A DNA stretch of 64,000 bases, from contig OX597821.1 of NCBI GenBank assembly GCA_951406725.2, positions 19,282,001 through 19,346,000 of the forward strand, written 5' to 3'. The translations under genes and the position numbers were made by a program. Under the pieces are notes generated by a model. That model was not told the DNA's origin. It saw only the letters and a list, made by a program, of their open reading frames with translations, and searched no databases. The DNA is from Octopus vulgaris. Its lineage: Eukaryota. Positions 39,168-51,725 of this stretch are shown one piece after another. Each line of letters begins with the position of its first letter. The stretch's first letter is position 1.

Positions 39168-39550
39168 GGACGCAGGAGTGGCTGTATGGTAAGTAGCTTG
39201 TTTACCAACCACATGGGCAAGTGTCTTCTACTATAGCCTCGGGTCAACCAAAGCCTTGTGAGTGGATTTGGTAGACGGAAACTGAAAGAAATCCGTCGTA
39301 TATATGTATACATATATATATGCGTGTGTGTGTTTGTGTGTCTGTGTTTATCCCCCTGGCATTGCTTGACAACCGATACTGGTGTGTTTATGTCCCCCGT
39401 TACTTAGCGGTTCGGCAAAAGAGACCGATAGAATAAGTACTGGGCTTACGAAAGAATAAGTCTCGGGCTCGAGTTGCTCGATTAAAGGTGGTGCTCCGGC
39501 ATGGCCGCAGTCAAATGACTGAAACAAGTAAAAAGAGTAAAGAGTAAAGA

Positions 39551-39552
<2 letters not shown>
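39168..39552 (+). mobile_element. SINE family 1 with a B-box deletion
   Basis: Matches the 7125 copy but lacks ~30 bp around the B box. Confidence 0.88.
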
Positions 39553-39620
<68 letters not shown>

Positions 39621-40469
39621 ATATGTAAAAGAGAAATATACAGAGGAAAACAGAGAGGCGGATGCCATATTGATAAATATTGACAAACGACCACTAAAGA
39701 AATTGACCGATAGACAAAGAGATACGAAGACAGAAAGAATCTTGTAAGAAATTTGAAATATTTTGGTAAAAATCAGTGCCATTGCCAATCTTGCAGAAAA
39801 TCGATGGCAATTATTTATAAAGACATAGGGAAGTTCCTGGAAGTATGTCACGTCTTAAGAATGGAGCCAAATCAATTAGGCGTTTAGGGTCAATCAAACT
39901 GGCTTATCACTACTTCCGTTCGTTGATGCGCCAAACTCTATAATTATTGACTTTGGTCAATTAATTCTTCAACAAAGCGACAGAGGAATGTCTTACGTTA
40001 GTAGAAATATCATGAAAAACGGAAATTGGTTACAGATTCGCATTAATTTCGCAATAAATATATTTCGGCTTTATTCATGATTCTTTGTTTTTGATTCAAT
40101 TCTCATCATCTTTTTCTGGAAAAGATATGTCATGGAAAGTATTGCATCTATTTCGATATCGACGACTACATTGTTCCATATTTCTTTACGGTATGTTTTC
40201 TTAAGCAGTAAAGTTGTTTTCATGGGATTTGGCTTCTATTTTTTAGCAAAGAAAGTAACTGTGTAGAAGTTACTTCGTTGAAAATTTTCCATTTTTTTTT
40301 TTCGCACGTTCAAAATGTTGCTAATCGAAGGAAATCAGCTGCTCACATATTACATACTATACAGTTGCTGTTATATTCCAAATATATTTAAATAGCTTAA
40401 ACACACTAGAAAATATGAAGTCACGCGTACGTACATGATTCTGCTGATGTGTATATATACATACATGCA

Positions 40470-40590
<121 letters not shown>

Positions 40591-40624
40591 TGTATGTATG
40601 TATTTATGTATGTATGTATACATT

Positions 40625-40995
40625 TTATTTGTTTCAGTCATTTGTCTGTGGCCTTACTGGAGCACAGTGTTAAAGGCTGTTGGTCGAAGAAATCTACCCC
40701 ACCTCTTATTCTTTGTAATCGTAGTACTTACTCTATCGTTCTCTTATGCCGAACCGCTAAGTTATGTGGACATAACATACCAGCATTGGTTGTCAAGCGA
40801 TGGTGGTAACACACACACACATACACACACACAAATATATATATACGACGGGCCACTTCCAGTTTCTGTCTATGAAATCCACTCAGAAGGTCGGCCTGAA
40901 GCTACAGTAGAAGTCACTTGTGCAAGGTGCCACACAGAAGGACTGAACCCGGAACCATGTGGTTGGGAAGCAAGTTTCTTACCACGCGGTCACGT
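40625..40995 (-). mobile_element. SINE family 1, older diverged copy
   Basis: Reverse-complement similarity to 7125-7543. Confidence 0.8.
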
Positions 40996-41007
40996 TTTGC
41001 TCATATG

Positions 41008-41085
<78 letters not shown>

Positions 41086-41087
41086 TA

Positions 41088-41703
41088 ATATGTCGGTATT
41101 ATAAAATCAAAACCGCTGACAAATGGTATAAACACCATCCTGAAGCTGTGGCTGAGGGAGAATATGTGTCGATTCTATGGGACTTCACCGTACAGACCGA
41201 CAAGACTGTAAAAGCTAATAAACCGGCTATTATTATAAAAGATCAGAGAAAAAAGATGTGTTTATTAATTGACATGAGTATCTCTAGCGATCACAATATA
41301 GCGGCGAAAGAAGTTGACAAGATTAGTAAATATAAAGACCTGCTAATAGAAATTGAAAAAATGTGGCATCTCAAGGCGACTATAGTACCAGTGATTGTAG
41401 GATCTCTAGGAATGATAAAAAAAGGTTCTGAAACCTATTTGAAAATGATTCCAGGCTTACCATCCCTACAGGAAGTGCAAAAGATCGTATTAACTGGAAC
41501 GGCTCATGTACTGAGAAGAGCATTATCGTTGTGAAAACAACATCCATCCATGAATTTATTTATTTATTAATTTTAAAATACATATTTTATCTGTGAATTT
41601 GCGTGTGTAATCTGGGAATGCATACAATGAGCTTCTCTGCCCTAAGTGTATGGAAAACACTCGGCGAGAAACGGAAGAAAATTTGAAGAAAGAAGGAAAA
41701 AAC
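41088..41703 (+). mobile_element. 5'-truncated R4/Dong-type LINE (RLE domain + 3' UTR) within (TAA)n
   Basis: WYKHHPE...ILWDF...ANKP.III.D...CLLIDMS...E..KISKYKDL..EI..MW...VPVIVGSLG...QKIVL.GTAHVLRR. (TAA)n on both sides. Confidence 0.9.
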
Positions 41704-41744
<41 letters not shown>

Positions 41745-41789
41745 TATTATTATTATCATTATTATTATTATCATTATTATTATTATTTT

Positions 41790-42213
41790 TACTTTTTTTT
41801 TCTTCTTTCAAATTTTCTTCCATTTCTTGCCGAGTGTCTTCCCGACTCCTAGGGCAAAGAAACTCATAGTGTATATTGGTAGGCCATTAAACCAAACTCA
41901 GTAGTTTTTTTTTTTTTTAAAGTTAAATTAAAATACATGAGCAGCAACAGTTCTCACATCGACAATGCTCTTCTCAATACGTGTGATGTACCAGTTAAGA
42001 CAATCTTTTGCACTTCTTGCAGGGATGGTAAGCCAGGGATCATTCTCATATAATTTTCGGTTCCCTTCTTGATCATTCCTAGTGCTCCTACGATCACTGG
42101 TATTGTAACCGCCTTGAGATGCCACATTTTCTCAATTTCAATGAGTAGGTCTTTATATTTTCAAGTAGGTCTTTATATTTTCAGTAGGTCTTTATATTTT
42201 CAGTAGGTCTTTT
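41790..42213 (-). mobile_element. Second R4/Dong-type 3' fragment, tail-to-tail with the first
   Basis: Reverse complement of the 41330-41700 family, inside (TTA)n. Confidence 0.85.
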
Positions 42214-42262
42214 TATTATTATTATTATTATCATTATTATTATTATCATTATTATTATTATC

Positions 42263-42354
<92 letters not shown>

Positions 42355-42591
42355 CATTATTATAAACTTAAAGCGTATAAGCGATTACCGTATATTGGCT
42401 AAAGAAACTAGTCTAATATTAGGGAACATAAACCATCAACGGGGAAAAGCAGGTATTATTGCGCGTGAGAATCGAACCCGCATCTCATGTACCCACAATT
42501 TTCTCTTCCGTCGAGGTCTTATATGATCCAGCATTAGGTTTTCCTTTTACCGACAAACGGGGATTGCTTTTTAGCTTTATACTTACAAATA

Positions 42592-42688
<97 letters not shown>

Positions 42689-42689
42689 T

Positions 42690-43660
42690 ATTTTATTAAA
42701 ACCTACAGCTTGAATTTCTGGGTATGATGGAAAGTGTCAGAGGTCCACAGCCATCAGACTAATGTGATACTTGTTTACTGTCATGCTTCAAGAACCCTGC
42801 GTAGAATACTTGCACTTCTAAGCAATGCTGATTTTTGTAGGTGTTCTACCTTCACACTTGTCCCGATCTTTATCAGTCATTTTGGTAGTTGAATGTTGAT
42901 ATTTCCGGGTGCACCAGTTACTGTTGGTATCACGTCTATTCTTATCAACCACAGCCTTTCTATTTTCCCCCTTCAAATCGTCAATAGTTGATTTGTTTCC
43001 TTTCACAGTGATCCTGTAGTCACCACAACAGTGTTGAGGTGCCGATGTCCGGTCAGGTGATCGCACTGGATCATTGCATCCCACATGATTTTGCAATTCT
43101 CATTTTTTGTGACTCCTTCTTGAGTTTGCTCATACCACGTCTTTGCTCTTTGTTAGCCATGATTTCCACAGAGTTCCCAATCCATCATTCTTGCCACATT
43201 GTCATAGCGTCTTTTGTATTCGCGTTGTGCCAACTTCGGGCATTCGATAACAATGTGTCATAAGTTTTCACCCCTCCCACCACACATTCTGCATTTGTTG
43301 CTATCGGTAATGTTGACCTTTCCGTACTTGTTCCTAAGCTACGTACATGAGTGATTTTGTCTCTATCTTCAAGTCCCTCTTCCTCATCTATAACCATCTG
43401 TCTTGGCGTTCACATCTCTTGCAAACTGACCATACATTTCCTTTTCCTTCAATGCTTTTTCTTTTTCTTTGTTCGTTTCTTATTTAAATTTTCTTTAGTT
43501 ACACAAATTTCAGTTTTGATGAATCCGACCTTCTTGGTGTGATTTAACAGTGGCTCAACGGCAATTTTTATATGCCACACTAGGCTATTTTCCTCTGCTT
43601 CCATACAGCCCTGGCAATTGATCAAACCTCTCTCACCCTTCCTGAAATGACATGCATCGC
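42690..43660 (-). mobile_element. Decayed R4/Dong-type LINE 3' part (CCHC + RLE)
   Basis: CRMCGG...HIVIECPKLAQREYKRR...WYE...KIMWD...LQKSALLRSASILRRVL. Ends at (TGA)n/(TAA)n. Confidence 0.8.
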
Positions 43661-43679
43661 GACGATGATCATGGACCAT

Positions 43680-43900
43680 CATCTCAAGTGGAATGGCAGT
43701 GTCCAAATGATGGACAATGAATGACTATCGAAGATTCTCCTTTATCCTGAACTGGCGACGGAGAAACATTGTCATAAAAGACCGCAATTGAGATTCAGTG
43801 AATCCTGAAGGGAAAAACTCACAAATAAATTGATTCTACCAAAGAAGGTTGAAATTGTTGTGGAGGATAGAAAGCAATGAAGAATGTTCTCTGGTTTGAC
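43680..43900 (+). mobile_element. RTE C-terminal fragment
   Basis: LSKILLYPELAT...RPQLRF resembles RIPKQMLYGEL...PRLRFKD. Confidence 0.5.
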
Positions 43901-44219
43901 TGTGAGGTCTTTAATTCGAAAAGACAACAAGCACAAAAGGCTTAGTTGCGAATGTAGTCATAGTGAGGCATGGACACGCTCTCGACCTTCCAGCTCAAGG
44001 TACAACAGAGCATCGAGGGCGAAATAAATGTAGCACCAGAATCCAACTGATGTACACATTCAGGTGAACTTACTGTAACAACTTGAAATGACACGCGTTG
44101 TGTAACCACTTGGGTCCGGGGGGTACACAAAGCGATACCAGTTTCAGGAACTGAACCGATTATCTTATGATCGTGAGATCAAAACTATAACCACTAGACC
44201 ATATGCCTTCACTATATCA

Positions 44220-44250
<31 letters not shown>

Positions 44251-44298
44251 TGTATGTATGTATGTATGTATGTATGTATGTATGTATGTATGTATGTA

Positions 44299-44371
<73 letters not shown>

Positions 44372-44847
44372 GTGTATGTGTGTATTGTATAGTAAACACG
44401 ACAGATTCTTTTCACTCCTGATCGATTTTTCAGGAAGGAAATTGGCCTGGAATTGTTCAGCTTGAAAACTAATGTAAGCTAATCGAACTGGTTTCTTTAA
44501 CTAAGTCACTGGTGCTGCTGCTGTTATCGTTACTATTACAGTTCTCGTTGCTGTAGATGGTTTTTTGTTGTTGTTGTTATTGTTGTTGTTGCTGCTGTTG
44601 TTGTATTGTTGATGCTGTTGGTTTTGCTGTGGTTGTTTCTGAAGATGCTGATGCTGCTAATATTAATGTTCTTTCAGTTGATGTTGTTACTGTTTTTACT
44701 TTTGTTATCACAGCTTTTGTTTCTTTTGTTTCTGCTGTTGTAGTTGTTGATGTTATCTCTGTTGTTGCTATTGTTGCTGTTCTTCTGACTGCCGTTATCA
44801 CTCTTGATAATAATGCTTGTGTTGTTGTCGTCGCTGTTGCTGCTGTA

Positions 44848-44878
<31 letters not shown>

Positions 44879-45014
44879 GTTATATAAAATTACTTTACTT
44901 ATCCCATCTGTTTCACTTCGTTGCACACCAGTTGTTTTAACAAACCAACCTATTTCCTTTCTAACTTTACGTTTACAGACGTTAATTTACCTGACTCTTT
45001 TGTGAGACTCACTA

Positions 45015-45552
<538 letters not shown>

Positions 45553-48467
45553 AGCGAGAAAGTGTGTGTGTGGTGGGGGGCACGGAGGTCTAGTACGTCA
45601 GCCAGCAACTTGCCATGTTGCAGGTTCGTACCACCATAAGTAGCTTGTATTTCACCTGCTCTACCAAGCTGTTAACATCTGCCAAAATTTGCCTGGTTAA
45701 TTGCTGCAGCAAATGTCAAATGTGTAAACTCCATGCATTATGTATTCGATACAATTATTGTAGCTTATTTCATTAAGAACTTTTTGATCGTCCTATTTTA
45801 TCTCTCTTATACTCATGTGCGTTTACAGATAAGACGTAATTACACGGATCCCACACGCAAGAAAAGCACGAAGCGAAACGTAATATTTCTCTTCAATTAT
45901 TCCCTGCCAGTGTGATCCTTATTCTTAAGTATCGGCACAAGTTTCACTATATTAACATTGAAATCATCTCAGATTGACGAAAACACTAGTTACATTTACA
46001 ACGATTTAATTTAAAGTTGTTAAATAGAAATTTTTAATAGAGACGATATAAGGAACTGTAAAGTTATTTTATAGAAAATATCATGCTGTTACCTCCATTA
46101 TAGGGCTGCCTATCTACTGAGGTAGTTGTTGATGTCAAGCTAAACTTGGTACGTTAAGCAACTTCTAGGTCGGATCCAAAAATGGCAGGAACGCTGAGAT
46201 CGGTGTATAGCTACGCAAGATGACAATTCGAAGGAGATGATGTGAAAACTTAGGTAAATAAGATATTTTTATTAAACATAATTAGTCCGGGAACCTTTTG
46301 GTACCACATCGTACTTTGAGAGAAAAAACCCCAAATAGGGTAATGCAGTGCATTTCAATATGATCATTTGTTAGGTCAGACCTACCTAGGGTGAAACCTT
46401 TACAACAACAATAATAACAGAATGGTTCGCATAGAAGAAATTTCAGATGGTAGCAGATTGTTGGGGGAGATGATTGAGAATACGGGAATAGTTTGGAGAT
46501 TAAAGTTGATATATTAATACGGGAATAGTTTGGAGATTAAAGTTGATATATTTCAGATAAGAAACAGATCATTTATATGGGATTAGGCGATAGTGGGTTG
46601 GAGCAACGCGAGAGAAGCCGGTGATTTTGTAGTTATGGCTGAAGGATAATAACAAAGGATTTCAACAGTTATTATTTCATGGTAACTGAACTCGGAACAT
46701 AGTACGAAGGAACTGAGTCGGTTGGATTTCTATAGAAGCAGTAAAGGATGAATGCTATGCTTCATTTGCTGGAAATAGATCATGCACAGCAGAATATATA
46801 CTTCGGTTGTTCGAAAAGAAAAGGTTGTGTAAGGAATGTTAATGTAGAAAGGAGACATATATTTGAGTAGCATTATAAATGATGAGATATCAGTGGGCCA
46901 TTTATCTGGAGAAGAAAGAGTGTGGGAGATCTAACCGAATCCTGGGTACGGTGGAGTGATTACTGTGTGTTGCATTGAAGTGAAAGAGCAATTAACGGAA
47001 GAGGGAGTGATGTTACGGGAAACATTGGATCCAAGAGATAAGAAACACGCGGATAAAATTTACGTTGAAAGGGATGGGAGGAAGATGAGGAAACCTTCGA
47101 ATCCAGTAATTGTGAGATAAATGGAGAGATAGGATAAAATCAATCAACTCGATGCTAATATATAAAATAAGGGCAATTATTCTATCGATCTACGACCAGA
47201 AAAATATATAAGAGCTAAGGTGAATATGTGAAATTAGAATTGAAGGGCTGACTAATAAAGGGCATAAGTTAGAGAAGGCTCTTAGGGTAACGTTTCGCTG
47301 AAGAATCTTGTTATCGTTTATTCCAATTAGTTTATTTCTTTGCAATGACTTTTGCGAGCAATTTGAGGTCACGAAAAGAAGATCTATGAGGAAATGGAGG
47401 AAACAAAATGGCGGCTGATAAAGAATAGTTGTGTTTTCTTTCATATGAGATATGATCTTTAAACACTGACGTGCCTTATGTATTTTCATATCCAAGTGTG
47501 TGTGTGTATATATATATATGTGTATATATACATACACTATATATGTGTAATACACACACACACACACACATATATATATGTATATATGTACGTATACAGG
47601 TATGTAAACGTATATAAGTAAGGATATGTGTGTGTACATTTATGTATACGTAAGCATGTATATATATAAATAAATGTATGTGTGTATGTATGAATGTATG
47701 TATGTACGTATCAATCTATCTTTCTATATAAATATGCATCTATATATATGTATGTAGAAGATGTATAGCTTTTGCATTAAGAAGTACAACCGTTATGCGC
47801 ATCAATAAGGTGTTCCTAATAATTTTTGTATCCTTGACTCTGCATAGCAATTCTGCTGCTTTCCATCTCTCGTTTATTCAATTACTTATATTTCTATCAT
47901 TCTGTCTGCAACTAGACTGCTATTTGTGTTCTGTTTTTATTCAATTTACGTGTTAATAACCAGTTGCATTTAGCTCAAAACATTGTGGCCTGTTATTTTA
48001 AAAATACGTCGAGGAATACACAACTTCATGTAAATGTGTTAATGTATTGAATGCTTTATATGTGTACATCACGCGTGTTTCTTATGATGTTGTTTCAAAT
48101 TTGTTTCAAATGGTGTGTGTATGTACGCATTTGTGTGCTCTCCAATGTTTCCCTGTGACTGTAGATAATACGGGCGAGGAATATTACCTATATATATGTA
48201 AGTGTAAATTCTTAGATATAGGTGCGAATTTTACCTGTCCCTCTTGTGTATGTGAGAAGAGTATATACATAACTTGATGCATAATTGGTTACACGAATAC
48301 ATAATTACGCATACACATACACAAACAGGGTTTTGTATATGTACCTGTGTGCATGTATGCAGATGTAGATGTGTATATATATATATATATATATATATGT
48401 ATGAGTGTGTAAATGTATGTATACATGTCTGTCTGTCTGTCTGTCTGTATGTATGTATGTATGTATG

Positions 48468-48548
<81 letters not shown>

Positions 48549-48769
48549 AGAATTCCAACCTTGTCTGATTTTCACGTTTTATTTACAATCTTATAATGAT
48601 ATATTATAAGATAATATATTATAATTGAATAAAATAAAATGAAATAGTAGAATGTTAAATATTCATTCTGATTGAACTAGTACTTTCATGCATTGAATTC
48701 TGCAATCTTCGGGTTCATGTAGTAGTGTTGACAGTCATGCTTCACAATTTTTGACTGTAGCAAGATGAG

Positions 48770-48900
48770 TGATTCTGTGCTATAAATACAGCTGGGTAGG
48801 CTCCAGAGTGCTAGGTTTTGCAAACTGTATTCTGACCAATCAGTGTGTAGTATCACTTAATTACTTAAGCTGATTGGTTGGTTGAGCTGATTGGTTTAGG
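48770..48900 (-). promoter_or_regulatory. CCAAT/TATA-like cluster in the Penelope 3' region
   Basis: Three CCAATCAG motifs (48835-48895, both orientations) and TATAAATA/TATTTATA at 48781. Confidence 0.35.
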
Positions 48901-49211
48901 CATCACGCTTTGTTGGACAGGTCAAGAGTCCTGTATCTTGACCCTGGCCGAAGCAGCAATTGTTGGGTTATTTTTAGAAATGTTGTAAATATCCTTTGTC
49001 AGAGATTTTTATATTTTTATATTTCAATTGTCATCATCATCATTGTCAGCACCTTAATTATTGTTGCTAGTGGTGATGGTGGTGGCAATAGAACTTTTAA
49101 CCCTAAATAAGATAATTTTCCTGCTATCTTCGTCTTGATCACCTTTAGTATTGTTGTTGTTGTTAGTGGTCATGGTCGTAGCAGTGGAAGTAATACCTCT
49201 AAGTATTATTA

Positions 49212-51539
49212 TTATTGCTTATTTAGCTTGGGTTCGAATTTATCAATAAAATTCTTTTCTCTGATTTTCCTCTCGATTTCACTTGGGCTGTGTAATTTGT
49301 AGAATGGAAATATTATATATATTTTCCGACCACATGTTGCTAGGTGGTTACTCAAAGGTATCTGACGGACCTCTGGGTCTCTAATCTGTTGCCGGTGTAC
49401 ACGTGAGCGTTCTAATAGTGCGTTTCCCGTCTGACCTACATATATTTCTTCACAATTTGGGCATTTGATGCAGTAAATTAAATTTCTGCTTTTGCAGTTC
49501 ATATTCGCGTTTGTGAATATTTTCCCGGTTTTTGTGTTTATATATTGACCGGTATGTATGAATTGGCATGTGCCACATCGGCTATCATTGCATTTAGATA
49601 CCGTGAATGTTTGGTCTTTGTTGCTGAGGTCAAATTTTGCCTTTGTTAGTAATGTTTTCAAGTTTTTAGGCTGTCTTTTACTAAGCACCATAGCTCGATC
49701 CTTGATTATGTCTTTTAATTCATTACTTTGGGCAATGATTGGTAGGTTTGCTTTGGCAATGTTGAAGATATTCTGGTGACATGGGTTGTGTGTCACTATG
49801 AATGGTATGACTTGTTCTTGTTTTCCTCTTCCTTGGGTTGTCCTAAGTTGTTGTATAGGTATTTTTATAGCCCGCTGTATGCCATTTTCTATAAGTAGAG
49901 ATGGGTATTTTTGTTTGAGCAAAAATTCTCTTAGTTCTATTAGGCGTTTGTTCCTGATATTTGCATCTTCTACAATAGTACAAATTCTTCTGGCTAGGCA
50001 GTATGGGATGTTACGTTTTGTATGTGGTGGATGGCACGACTTAAAATTTAGGTATTGATGTGTGTCTGTGTGTTTATAGTATATATCTGTGGTGATGGTG
50101 GTGTCTTTTTTAATTACCATTATATCCAGGAATGGTAATTTGGTACTACTCATCTCCTTTGTAAATTTGAGAGATGGGTGTAGGTTGTTCAGGAGGATAT
50201 TGAACTCTTCCAGAGTATTTAGAGATTCTGTCCAGATTATGAAACAGTCGTCTAGGTATCTCTTCCATGCCTTTTCAATATACTTTCTAAATCCAGTGCC
50301 ATAGTTTACCTCCACCTCTTGGTAGAGTTGTTCTTCTAAGTATCCCATTACAGAGTTGGCGTAAACGGGAGCAAACCTCGTTCCCATCGCCGTGCCTCTA
50401 ATTTGGATGTAATTCTTTCCATTGAAGAAGAATGTGTTATTTTCTAGAATAAGTTTGACTGTGTCTAATATAAATGGCACTGTGAATCTGCTGGGAATCA
50501 CTTCTCTATGTTTTTCTAACCAGTATTTAATCGCCTTTATTCCTAAATCGTGTGGAATATTGGTGTAGAGGCTTACCACATCAAAACTTAGTAAAACTGA
50601 ATTTGTTTCTGTTGTTTTGGGAAGATGGGACAGGAAGTCGATGTCATCCCTGATGAAACTTGGTATGTAAGTACATAGTGGTTTCAAAACAATGTCAATA
50701 AAATTGCTTAGACGGTGTGTAGGGCATGCTGGACCAGCTATAATAGGTCTAAGTTTTAGGTCTTTTGGATGTAATAATTTTATGTACTCACTTTCTTGTT
50801 CTTTTACTGCCTGTTGAATGTTTTTTGATTTGTGTATTTTTGGTAAGCCGTAGAAGTTGCTGGGTTTTGGTTCAAAATTGGTGATGTAGTCTTTTTCATT
50901 ATCCGTAAGTGAGTTGTGGTGTGTTGAAATCAGGTTGTTGATCTTTTTCATGATGTGGTGGTCTATATTTGCGGGTATTTCACAATAGAAGGTTGTATCC
51001 TTCAGTTGGTCTTCAACCAAATCCTTATAGTATTCGGTATCCATAATAACAATTGCACCACCTTTATCTGCTTGTTTAATTATTATTGTTTGATCGTTTT
51101 GTATACGTTTACATGCAGACATCTCTGATTTGCTAATGTTTGGCCTAACATTGGTATTGCGTCTAAGGGGAAATTTAGACAGGATATCAATGTATTGGTC
51201 AAGGTAGTTATTTCTTCCTTTTGGTGGGGTGAAATTTGATTTATTCCTTACTAGGGATTCATCAATCTCATTACTTTTGTTAGCGAAGAATTCTACAAGT
51301 CGTAATTTTCGACAGAATTTTTGGATATCCTCCTTTAATTCTTGGTGGTTGGCTGTTGGTGTAGGTGTGAATTTCAGTCCTTTTGACAGAAGTTGGATTT
51401 CATCATTGTCAAGATCTCTTTTTGATAAATTAATTATTTTAGGATCTATACGTTCAGTTGTTTGGGGTATGTTTCCTCTTGGATTTTTTCTTTCTCCGGT
51501 GTTTGTTGTCCTGACGTAAAAAAATGGATTTTTTTCTGG
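49212..51539 (-). CDS. Penelope RT-GIY-YIG polyprotein (636 aa from first Met; frame open upstream to ~51539)
   Basis: IINLS...LLSKGLKFTP, IIKQADKGGAIV, FYGLPKIHK, RPII, SFDVVSLYTNIP, GTAMG, RYLDD, LPFLD, CNDSRCGTC linker, NLIYCIKCPNC...YVGQT. Confidence 0.93.
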   Translation of the reverse strand, partial: PEKNPFFYVRTTNTGERKNPRGNIPQTTERIDPKIINLSKRDLDNDEIQLLSKGLKFTPTPTANHQELKEDIQKFCRKLRLVEFFANKSNEIDESLVRNKSNFTPPKGRNNYLDQYIDILSKFPLRRNTNVRPNISKSEMSACKRIQNDQTIIIKQADKGGAIVIMDTEYYKDLVEDQLKDTTFYCEIPANIDHHIMKKINNLISTHHNSLTDNEKDYITNFEPKPSNFYGLPKIHKSKNIQQAVKEQESEYIKLLHPKDLKLRPIIAGPACPTHRLSNFIDIVLKPLCTYIPSFIRDDIDFLSHLPKTTETNSVLLSFDVVSLYTNIPHDLGIKAIKYWLEKHREVIPSRFTVPFILDTVKLILENNTFFFNGKNYIQIRGTAMGTRFAPVYANSVMGYLEEQLYQEVEVNYGTGFRKYIEKAWKRYLDDCFIIWTESLNTLEEFNILLNNLHPSLKFTKEMSSTKLPFLDIMVIKKDTTITTDIYYKHTDTHQYLNFKSCHPPHTKRNIPYCLARRICTIVEDANIRNKRLIELREFLLKQKYPSLLIENGIQRAIKIPIQQLRTTQGRGKQEQVIPFIVTHNPCHQNIFNIAKANLPIIAQSNELKDIIKDRAMVLSKRQPKNLKTLLTKAKFDLSNKDQTFTVSKCNDSRCGTCQFIHTGQYINTKTGKIFTNANMNCKSRNLIYCIKCPNCEEIYVGQTGNALLERSRVHRQQIRDPEVRQIPLSNHLATCGRKIYIIFPFYKLHSPSEIERKIREKNFIDKFEPKLNKQ

Positions 51540-51725
51540 TTATGATTTATATTCCTGTTGATGTTTGCTTGATGAATTTTGCGTTTTGGTTGTGGTACTT
51601 TACTTGGTTTCGTTATGTTTTCTGTCTTGTTTTTGGTATTATGTATGCTACTTTTCAATTTCTTGTTAGCATTGTTTTTAACCATATATATATATATGCG
51701 TGTATATGTATGTATGTATATATAT

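Larger units (their letters stand above)
48545..51685 (-). mobile_element. Penelope-like element, Neptune-type, near intact
   Basis: RT plus GIY-YIG ORF, ~650-bp 3' non-coding region, flanked by (TA)n tracts. Confidence 0.92.

Noticed and set aside
46380-47460. Possible decayed CR1/Jockey-like relic on the minus strand
   Set aside because: Only weak motif resemblance (FLHFLIDLL, NLQTI); not enough to call.
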